A model generated the notes under the pieces. The model had not been told where the DNA came from and made no database searches. It was given only the letters and a program-made list of their open reading frames with translations. A stretch of 64,000 nt of DNA from an uncultured Actinomycetota bacterium (GTDB lineage Bacteria; Actinomycetota; Acidimicrobiia; Spongiisociales; UBA5794): positions 2,334-66,333 of the forward strand of contig CAWAUO010000022.1 of assembly GCA_963785245.1 (NCBI GenBank), written 5' to 3'. Below are positions 51,091 to 58,789 of this stretch, in pieces; the stretch's first letter is position 1, and every line of letters begins with the position of its first letter. Made by a program: the position numbers and the translations under genes.

Positions 51091-52494
51091 ATGATGAGAA
51101 AGGCAAGAATCTTCGTTCTGTTGCTCGTGTTGGCACTCGTTGCGGCGGCGTGCGGGAGCAGCGGCGACGACGAGACCACCACCACGGCCGCGGCAAGCGG
51201 CGGTGAGGAGACGACGACAACGGCAGCACCGAGCGGTGGCGACGACGAGACGACCACCACAACGGCGCCGCCGGAAGAGCCGATGGAGATGATGACCGAC
51301 TTCGGGGTTGACCTCGAGGCCGGGACGATCACGGTCGGTCAGACCGCCGACCTGACCGGTGCGTTCGCTCCTCTGGTTGCCCCGATCATGGCGGGCCAGC
51401 AGATGTACTGGGCCTGGGTCAACGCCAACGGCGGCATCGGCGGCCTCCAGGTGATGATGGAGACCCGCGACACGGCGTACGAAGTCGAGCAGCACATCGC
51501 GGCCTATGACGAACTCCGTGATCAGGTGGTTGCGATCAGCCACACCACCGGGTCGTCACAGACGCTCGCGATCTCCGATGCCTTGGTCGAAGACAGCATG
51601 ATCGCCGTCCCAGCGACGTGGTACTCGGGTTGGACCGACACCGCGATCGCCCCGACGGTGCTGCACACGGGCGCACCGTACTGCCTCGAAGCGATGAGCC
51701 TCCTCGACTGGATGCTCGATGAGGAGAAGACGGAGGGCAACGAGGCTCCGACGCTCGCATTGGCCTCGATCCCCGGCGACTTCGGACTCGATCCGATGGC
51801 CGGTGCCCTCTTGTGGGCTGAAGCCAATGGGATCGAAGTTGTCCACGACGGCTCAGGCACCATCATCCCGGGCCAGGACCAGAAGCCGGTCGCCGACGCG
51901 ATCGTGGCGTCTGGTGCCGATCTCGTCTACATCACAACGACGCCGAGTACGTTCTCCGAAGTCTTCGGTGCCGCGCTCCAACAGGGCTTCGTGGACGCGA
52001 AATGGTCCGGAGCCGGTCCGACCTACAACCCGGCGTTCTTGGTGTCTCCGATCGCCGACGCGATTCAGGCGATGTGGTACGGCGGCTTCTACATGCAGCC
52101 GTGGGGTGGCGACTCGCCTGGTATGGCGTTGACGATGCAACTCGTCGAGGCGTCCGGTGCCGACATGCCGCCCAACGACTACGTGGGGCTTGGTGTCGTC
52201 GAGGCGATGCTCGTCCACGCGGCACTTCAGAAGGCCTACGACAATGGTGACCTGACGCGTGCCGGTGTGCTGGCGGCGATTCAGTCGCTCGACAACGTGA
52301 CGTTCCAGGGCATGGCGCCCGCCGAGAACTACACGGGGAGCACGTCGGACCAAGTCCAACGTGCCATCACGCTGTGGCGTCCGTCGGTGGCCAATCTCGA
52401 AGCCGGTGGTTCGGGTTCGGAGATCGTCCAGACGGACTTCATCGGCCCGACCGCTGAGTCCTTCGACTTCACCGAGGCCTGCTACCAGTTCTAG
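51091..52494 (+). CDS. ABC substrate-binding lipoprotein (LivJ/K-like fold)
   Basis: Lipobox VAAAC, Thr-rich linker, ITVGQTADLTG, NANGGIGG, DTAY. Confidence 0.88.
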   Translation: MMRKARIFVLLLVLALVAAACGSSGDDETTTTAAASGGEETTTTAAPSGGDDETTTTTAPPEEPMEMMTDFGVDLEAGTITVGQTADLTGAFAPLVAPIMAGQQMYWAWVNANGGIGGLQVMMETRDTAYEVEQHIAAYDELRDQVVAISHTTGSSQTLAISDALVEDSMIAVPATWYSGWTDTAIAPTVLHTGAPYCLEAMSLLDWMLDEEKTEGNEAPTLALASIPGDFGLDPMAGALLWAEANGIEVVHDGSGTIIPGQDQKPVADAIVASGADLVYITTTPSTFSEVFGAALQQGFVDAKWSGAGPTYNPAFLVSPIADAIQAMWYGGFYMQPWGGDSPGMALTMQLVEASGADMPPNDYVGLGVVEAMLVHAALQKAYDNGDLTRAGVLAAIQSLDNVTFQGMAPAENYTGSTSDQVQRAITLWRPSVANLEAGGSGSEIVQTDFIGPTAESFDFTEACYQF

Positions 52495-52501
52495 ACAACC
52501 A

Positions 52502-52535
52502 GTGGGTGGCCGGGCCTGAGGGCCCGGCCACCCAC
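52502..52535 (+). terminator. Stem-loop after substrate-binding gene
   Basis: Perfect 15-bp stem GTGGGTGGCCGGGCC-TGAG-GGCCCGGCCACCCAC. Confidence 0.65.
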
Positions 52536-52554
52536 CCGACAACAAGAGGAACCG

Positions 52555-53346
52555 ATGCTCGAAGTCGCAAACCTGGAAGTCGTCTACAACGACGTCGTCC
52601 TTGTGCTGCGTGGCTTGTCGCTCACGGTGAGCGACGGGCAGATCGTCGCGCTCCTCGGAGCCAACGGAGCAGGCAAGACGACGGCGCTCCGTGCCATCAC
52701 CGGAATCCTCGACGTGCATTCGGGGGACATCACGAAGGGCTCGATCACGTTCAAGGGGGAGCGGATCGACGGCAAGGACCCGTCGGCGATCGTCCGGATG
52801 GGGATCGCTCAGGTGCTCGAAGGGCGTCGGATCTTTGCCGAGATGAGCGTTGACGACAATCTCCGAACCGGTGCGTTCACGAATACGGACCGCGCGTCTG
52901 TTGGCGCTGCGCATGAACGAGTCATGGACCTCTTCCCGGTTCTCCAGGGCCGGCAGAAGGACACGGCCGGCTATCTGTCGGGCGGCGAGCAGCAAATGCT
53001 GGCGATCGGCCGAGCGCTGATGGCCGACCCCGATCTGCTCATCCTCGACGAACCGACGCTCGGGTTGGCGCCGATGCTGGTGCAGCAGATCCGCGACATC
53101 ATCGTGGACATCAATCGCCAGGGAACATCGGTTCTCCTCATCGAGCAGAACGCCAACATGGCGCTGTCGATTGCCGACTACGGCTACATCATGGAGACCG
53201 GAAAGGTCGTGATGGACGGCGACCCGAAGAAGCTTCTCGCCGATGCCGACGTGCAGGAATTCTATCTCGGTCTGCACGCTGAGGGAGCTCGCAAGTCGTT
53301 CCGCGACATCAAGCATTACAAGCGCCGGAAGCGGTGGCTGTCATGA
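52555..53346 (+). CDS. ABC ATP-binding protein (LivF-like)
   Basis: GANGAGKTT, LSGGEQQMLAIGRALM, LDEPTLGL. Confidence 0.92.
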   Translation: MLEVANLEVVYNDVVLVLRGLSLTVSDGQIVALLGANGAGKTTALRAITGILDVHSGDITKGSITFKGERIDGKDPSAIVRMGIAQVLEGRRIFAEMSVDDNLRTGAFTNTDRASVGAAHERVMDLFPVLQGRQKDTAGYLSGGEQQMLAIGRALMADPDLLILDEPTLGLAPMLVQQIRDIIVDINRQGTSVLLIEQNANMALSIADYGYIMETGKVVMDGDPKKLLADADVQEFYLGLHAEGARKSFRDIKHYKRRKRWLS

Positions 53347-54170
53347 CCTCGCGAAGAACCGCACTCCGATCTGACCGTGGCGCCGACGACGGCGCATACG
53401 AGCACTTGCTCGAGTTCGAGGATGTCAGCCTGTCGTTCAAGGGAATCAAGGCGCTCGACGGTGTGAGCTTTACGGTCGCCGACGGAGAGTTGTTTGCGGT
53501 GATCGGACCGAACGGCGCGGGGAAGACCTCGACGTTCAACTGTATCAATGGGGTCTACAAGCCGCAGGAGGGCTCGATCCGCTGGAAGGGCAAGGACATC
53601 CTTGGTCGGAGGCCCGACCGAATCGCGGCGCTCGGCATCGCCCGCACGTTCCAGAACATTGAGTTGTTCGCCCACATGACGGTGCTCGACAACATCATGC
53701 TCGGCCGGCATGTGCGAACGAAGACATCGTGGTGGGACGGAGCGATCTGGGTGGGGCCGGCCAAGAAGGAGGAACTCGAGAACCGGGCCGTCGCCGAGGA
53801 GATCATCGACTTCCTCGAGATCGCTCGGTGGCGGAAGTACCCCGTGGCGATGCTGCCCTACGGCGTTCAGAAGCGGGTGGAGTTGGGCCGAGCGCTGGCG
53901 ACGGAACCAGAATTGCTGCTGCTCGATGAACCGGTCGCCGGCATGAACCTCGAAGAGACCGAGGACATGGCCCGATTCATCCTCGACATCCGGGAGGAGC
54001 TGTCGATCGCGATGATCCTGGTCGAGCACGACATGGGTCTGGTCATGGACATCGCAGACCGCGTGATGGTCATCGACTTCGGCGAGCGGATCGCCACAGG
54101 GGTCCCGTCGGCGGTTCAGAACGACCCGAACGTCATCAAGGCGTACCTGGGTGAAGAGATGGATTCCTAG
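53343..54170 (+). CDS. ABC ATP-binding protein (LivG-like)
   Basis: GPNGAGKTS, ARTFQN, LPYGVQKRVELGRALA, LDEPVAG, VEHDM, VIKAYLG. Confidence 0.92.
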   Translation: MTSRRTALRSDRGADDGAYEHLLEFEDVSLSFKGIKALDGVSFTVADGELFAVIGPNGAGKTSTFNCINGVYKPQEGSIRWKGKDILGRRPDRIAALGIARTFQNIELFAHMTVLDNIMLGRHVRTKTSWWDGAIWVGPAKKEELENRAVAEEIIDFLEIARWRKYPVAMLPYGVQKRVELGRALATEPELLLLDEPVAGMNLEETEDMARFILDIREELSIAMILVEHDMGLVMDIADRVMVIDFGERIATGVPSAVQNDPNVIKAYLGEEMDS

Positions 54171-54210
54171 GGTCGCCAGTTGCCACCGGTAGCTGGTCGC
54201 TCGCGGCTTC

Positions 54211-54810
54211 CTACAACTCGTATCTCCGCGACCGGTCTACTACGTACCAGGCGGCGGGGAGGGCGACGCCGGCGAGGGCCGCCTTGATGAGGTCGCCGGC
54301 CACGAATGGATAGAGCCCTGCGTTGAGTGCGGCCGACAGGGTCGGAATCGAATCAACGGTTGCCCAAAGCCAGGTGACCCCGAGGGTGTAGACGGCGGCG
54401 CTTCCAGCGAGGAACGCCGGAACGGCTGTGCGAATCGACCGGTCCTTGCGCTGTTCGGCGAAGCGACCAACAAGCCAGGCGGCGACGATGAAGCCCATGA
54501 GGTAGCCGAGCGAGGCGCCGGTCGCGTAGGTCCAACCGCCCTGCCCACCGGCGTAGAACGGGAGGCCGATGGCACCGAGAGCAACGTAGATCATCATGCT
54601 CCCTGCCCCGATCCTCGAGCCCAGCGCAGCACCCGCGAGCAGCACGGCGAACGTCTGGCCGGTGACCGCGATCGGTGTCCCCGGGAGCGGGATCCTCACC
54701 TGCGCCGCGAGGGCGGTGACCAGGGCGAATCCGATCATGAGGCCGACGGTGATTGCGGCCCGGCGCGGCAGCGCGACACCGGTGATGACGTTGGGGTGGA
54801 CTGCTTGCAC
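54211..54810 (-). CDS. bioY: Biotin transporter BioY
   Basis: PLPGTPIAVTGQT, GLPFYAGG, GYLMGF, PFVAGDLIK; RBS GAAAGG before GTG 54810. Confidence 0.9.
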   Translation of the reverse strand: MQAVHPNVITGVALPRRAAITVGLMIGFALVTALAAQVRIPLPGTPIAVTGQTFAVLLAGAALGSRIGAGSMMIYVALGAIGLPFYAGGQGGWTYATGASLGYLMGFIVAAWLVGRFAEQRKDRSIRTAVPAFLAGSAAVYTLGVTWLWATVDSIPTLSAALNAGLYPFVAGDLIKAALAGVALPAAWYVVDRSRRYEL

Positions 54811-54883
54811 GATGTGCCTTTCGATCGGTTTGCGGAGAGTGAGCGGCTCAAGCAAGCCACTCAACCCGCCGATGTGGACAGTC

Positions 54884-55444
54884 ATGGGACTCGCTCGGAC
54901 GCTGATTCGTTTCATCGCTGTGATTGGCCTCGTCGCGCTCATCTCAACGACGACGGCAGCGCATGCCGCAGTGCCAACCTCTGCTGCTGTTCCCGCTCCA
55001 AGCCGGCAGCCTACGTGGTCCCCAGCTCAGGAATCGGGAGCGGATGTCTCCAGGCTCCAGATCCCGGCAATTGGAGTTGACGAAACCGTCCGATCAGGGA
55101 TTGCGCTCTCCGTAATCGACCGCGGCGTTGCTCACTGGGCAGGGACCTCGGAACCAGGCGGTCCTGGAAATGTCGTCCTTGCAGGCCACCGCTCGACTCA
55201 TTCGCGCCCGTTCTGGGCGTTGGACCGACTCGAGGTCGGTGACTTGATCTACCTTGACGACAGGGCCGGATTCGCAGTCATGTACAAGGTCTCGGAGACG
55301 TTCATCGTCACCCCCGATGACATCTGGATCTCGTACGATCTGGGCAGACCAATGGTGACGTTGTTCGCATGCCATCCGAAAGGCTCGGCGAGCCAGCGAA
55401 TCGTGGTTCAAGCCGACCTGGTCGCAGGTCGTCGCATCGCGTAA
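54884..55444 (+). CDS. Sortase (class D/E-like)
   Basis: N-terminal signal/TM, NVVLAGHR, VTLFACHP, QRIVV (His/Cys/Arg triad). Confidence 0.85.
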   Translation: MGLARTLIRFIAVIGLVALISTTTAAHAAVPTSAAVPAPSRQPTWSPAQESGADVSRLQIPAIGVDETVRSGIALSVIDRGVAHWAGTSEPGGPGNVVLAGHRSTHSRPFWALDRLEVGDLIYLDDRAGFAVMYKVSETFIVTPDDIWISYDLGRPMVTLFACHPKGSASQRIVVQADLVAGRRIA

Positions 55445-55484
55445 CCGTGGTACGTAATCGCCACCGTCGGTAACCTCGGCGCGG

Positions 55485-56576
55485 ATGGATCCAACGACCA
55501 CCGTCGACACTGACTTCTCGGACCCGCCAGAGTCTGCCGTTGCGTCGCGCAAGCCGATGCCGAAGTGGCCCTTCGTTCTCGCGGGGTTGCTCATGGTGAT
55601 CGGCATCGCGGTTGCCATCGCGTGGCCGATCAAGGTTCCGTACTACACGTTGTCTCCCGGGCCGCTCTATGACACGTCAGACTTCGTATTCGTCGTCGGC
55701 GACGAGGCGCAGTACGAGGTCGATGGCGAGCTGTTCTTCCTCACCGTTGCATTGCGCCAAGCCAACATCTTTGAGTACGCAGCCGGACTCTTGAACCCGA
55801 AGGTGGAGGTTGCGCCGCGCCAGAACATCCGGCCGTCGGGTGTCTCTCCCGAGGACCTGCGGCGCGAGAACCTTGCACGGATGGAGCAGTCGAAGACCGA
55901 CGCGACCTTCGTGGCGCTCACGAAGCTCGGCTACGAGCCGACGTACACCGGAACCGGAGCGCTGGTCATCGAGACGGTTCCCGACTCAGCGGCCGATGGC
56001 GTGGTGGTGGCGGAAGACGTCATCGTTGCGATCGACGGCACCGAGGTTGCATTCCGGTCCGATGTCATCGACGGTCTCTCCGCCAAAGAGATCGGCGACC
56101 CCGTCACGCTCACGATCCAGCGGCTGATCGAAGGATCTGACGAGGTCGAGGTCGTTGAGGTCGACATCTTCCTCGGTGCCCACACCGACGACCCCGACCG
56201 GCCGATGGTCGGTGTGCTGCTCGACAACAGCCCACCGATCGTTGAGTTCCCCATCGAAGTTGACACCGATACCCAGAATATTGGGGGACCGTCAGCCGGC
56301 TTGATGTTCACGCTCGAGATCATGAATCAGTTGACCGAGCAGGACCTCACTGATGGTCGGCGAATCGCCGGAACCGGAACGATCGCGCGCGACGGCACGG
56401 TTGGAGGCATCGGGGGTGTGCAACAGAAGGTCTACGGCGCAATCGATGCTGGGGCGGCGGTTGTCCTCGTACCCGCTTCAAACTACGACGACGCTCTGGT
56501 GGCTGCCGGGGACAACATCGTGGTTGTCCGGGTCGAGACCATCGACGACGCCCTCGAGTACCTCGAGTTCAGCTGA
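55485..56576 (+). CDS. YlbL-family PDZ + Lon-like (S16) membrane protease
   Basis: PYYTLSPG, PDZ core, IGGPSAGLMF, IAGTGTI, GGIGGVQQKV. Confidence 0.92.
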   Translation: MDPTTTVDTDFSDPPESAVASRKPMPKWPFVLAGLLMVIGIAVAIAWPIKVPYYTLSPGPLYDTSDFVFVVGDEAQYEVDGELFFLTVALRQANIFEYAAGLLNPKVEVAPRQNIRPSGVSPEDLRRENLARMEQSKTDATFVALTKLGYEPTYTGTGALVIETVPDSAADGVVVAEDVIVAIDGTEVAFRSDVIDGLSAKEIGDPVTLTIQRLIEGSDEVEVVEVDIFLGAHTDDPDRPMVGVLLDNSPPIVEFPIEVDTDTQNIGGPSAGLMFTLEIMNQLTEQDLTDGRRIAGTGTIARDGTVGGIGGVQQKVYGAIDAGAAVVLVPASNYDDALVAAGDNIVVVRVETIDDALEYLEFS

Positions 56577-56627
56577 CTCCGGAGTCGAATACCCGGGACG
56601 GACGGGTCACGTCGTTACCCTGGCCAC

Positions 56628-58763
56628 ATGGACGAGCCCACCGATTCTGACGCGCCCGCTACCGCATTCCGCGTTGCCCGCAAGGGCTATGACCGGCAGC
56701 AGGTGGACGCCCACATCAGCGCTGCTGCCCGGAGCGCAGCGGCCCTGGAACAACGGATCGCGGAGCTGGAAGCCGGGCTGAGCGAGCTTGGCCTCGACCG
56801 TCCGACCGATCTGGCAACCGAACTCGATCTTGTCGGTGAGGAGGTCAAGCGGATCCTCGCCGAAGCTCGGGTCGCTGCCGAGCAGATGCGGTCACGCGCG
56901 GCGGACGACGCCGCGCGCTGGCGAGCAGAAGCGGATGCCGAATCGCGTGCGGTTCGCGACTCCACCCGCCAAACGGCCTTCGATGTGCGCCGAACCGTGT
57001 GGGAGACCGGCACGGAGATCCTCGCCAACGTTGCTTCCGAGGGCGAGGCCCTTGCTGTCGCCGCGACCGAACGATCCCTGTTCGTCCAAGCAGAGGCAGA
57101 GCGAGAGGCATCGCACCTCACCGCCGATGCTCGGCGAGAGCGCGAGGAGGCTGTCCGCATCGGGCGGGAAGAGGCAGAGCGGCTCGTTGCAGCCGCACGC
57201 CAGGAAGCCGAATCCATGGTCTCGGCAGCCCGTCGCCAGGCCGATGCCGCGCAGGAGCGTGCTCGCGCGCTCGAGGTGAGGCGTTCTGAGTTGATGGCAG
57301 AACTCGAAGCGGCCCGTGCCACGATCGCCGGCGTTGAGCCCGATCCCGATCCTGAGCCGGTTCCGGAGTCCGAAGCCATATCGGTCGTGAGCGAAGGTGT
57401 CGATGGGATCGATCTCGGGTCGCTGCCCGAGAGTCACTGGCCGGAAGATGAGGGTTCCGTCAAGATCGTCTCACCCGACCGGATCCTCACTACCGAGCCG
57501 GTTGATGCCGACGCCATGGTGGCCGAGGTGGAAGCGCTTCGCGGGTCGTCAGTCGTTGATGAGCCGCCGGTCCTCGATTCCGAGTCGGTGCCTGAGCCGG
57601 TGCCGGAGCCCGAACCGGAATCGGAGCAGGAACCGATTCCCGAAGTGGTCTCGGTGCCTGAACCCGCTCCGATTCTGGAGCCGGTTCCGGAGCCCGAGCC
57701 TGAACCTGTGCCTGAATCTGTGCCGGAGCCCGAACCGGAATCGGAGCAGGAACCGATTCCCGAAGTGGTCTCGGTGCCTGAACCCGCTCCGATTCTGGAG
57801 CCGGTTCCGGAGCCCGAGCCTGAACCTGTGGCGGAACCTGGTGCCGAGCCTGAGCCTGTGCCCGAACCGACTCCGGCGCCGGATCCGCTCGCCGGGCTGT
57901 TCGCCCAACTCCGGGCCCCCGCGACCGCATCAGAGCCGGCGTCCGATGCACCCATTCCTCCCCGTCAAGGGGCGGCGGCGGTGTCGGACGACATCGCCGA
58001 GGGTGGAGGGGATCTCTCCACAGAACCTGACGAGTCGCCAGAGCCGGAGTCTGTTCCTCCCGAGCCAACCCCGGGACCGGGCCCCGCGCCGTCGGAGGAC
58101 ACCGGATCCTCGCCGGGCGGTGATCTCGACGCGTTCGCCCTCCGCGAGCGTCTCTTGCTCCCCGTCCAGAACCGGGCGCTTCGCACGGTGAAGAGGCATC
58201 TCGTCGAGGCCCAGAACCGGGCTCTCGAAGACCTGCGCCTGACCGACGGCTGGGAACCCGACGCATCCATCGTGAGCGACGAGGTCGTCGAGGCGCTCAG
58301 AGTCCTCGCGCAGGAGAGTGTGGTCGCCGGATTCACCGCTGCGGCCGAGATGACCGGGACGGCACAGACCCCGCAACCCGACAACGTCGAAATTGGAGAT
58401 TCCTCAGTTGAATTCACTGCAGCGCTCGTCGACGCCGTGCAAGGATCGGTCGCCCGTTCCCGAGAGACGGCAGCGGGACACCGAGAGACCGGGGCTTCCC
58501 TTTCGAGAGTGTTCCGCTCGTGGCGGACCGACGACGCCGAGCGCCGGGTGCGGTTCGCGTCTCGCACCGCCTACCACGCGGGCGTTACAGCAGCACTGGC
58601 CCATCTTGGCTCCGCTGAGGTGGCGGTCATCGCGTCCGGCCACCCGTGCGCGGACTGCCCGGCGACCAAAGGTCCATGGTCGATCTCGGCCGGACCGCCA
58701 AGCGGCACAATGATGCCGCCGGCACGCGTCGAGTGCGCATGCACCATCGTCCCGTCCCCGTGA
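56628..58763 (+). CDS. DivIVA-domain coiled-coil protein with Pro/Glu linker and C-terminal MuF-like Cys domain
   Basis: [14 protein letters not shown], long Ala/Glu/Arg coiled coil, PE repeats, CADC...[13 protein letters not shown]. Confidence 0.75.
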   Translation: MDEPTDSDAPATAFRVARKGYDRQQVDAHISAAARSAAALEQRIAELEAGLSELGLDRPTDLATELDLVGEEVKRILAEARVAAEQMRSRAADDAARWRAEADAESRAVRDSTRQTAFDVRRTVWETGTEILANVASEGEALAVAATERSLFVQAEAEREASHLTADARREREEAVRIGREEAERLVAAARQEAESMVSAARRQADAAQERARALEVRRSELMAELEAARATIAGVEPDPDPEPVPESEAISVVSEGVDGIDLGSLPESHWPEDEGSVKIVSPDRILTTEPVDADAMVAEVEALRGSSVVDEPPVLDSESVPEPVPEPEPESEQEPIPEVVSVPEPAPILEPVPEPEPEPVPESVPEPEPESEQEPIPEVVSVPEPAPILEPVPEPEPEPVAEPGAEPEPVPEPTPAPDPLAGLFAQLRAPATASEPASDAPIPPRQGAAAVSDDIAEGGGDLSTEPDESPEPESVPPEPTPGPGPAPSEDTGSSPGGDLDAFALRERLLLPVQNRALRTVKRHLVEAQNRALEDLRLTDGWEPDASIVSDEVVEALRVLAQESVVAGFTAAAEMTGTAQTPQPDNVEIGDSSVEFTAALVDAVQGSVARSRETAAGHRETGASLSRVFRSWRTDDAERRVRFASRTAYHAGVTAALAHLGSAEVAVIASGHPCADCPATKGPWSISAGPPSGTMMPPARVECACTIVPSP
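57600..57830 (+). repeat. In-frame tandem duplication, 111-nt exact copies with 120-nt period
   Basis: 57600-57710 is identical to 57720-57830. Confidence 0.95.
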
Positions 58764-58789
58764 TGCGACGACTCTCGTAGACTCACCAC

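Noticed and set aside
51175-51270. Thr-codon repeats in the binding protein as a DNA repeat element
   Set aside because: Ordinary low-complexity lipoprotein linker (ETTTT repeats)
58300-58763. Prophage suggested by the MuF-like domain
   Set aside because: No terminase, portal, capsid or integrase; flanks are conserved housekeeping genes
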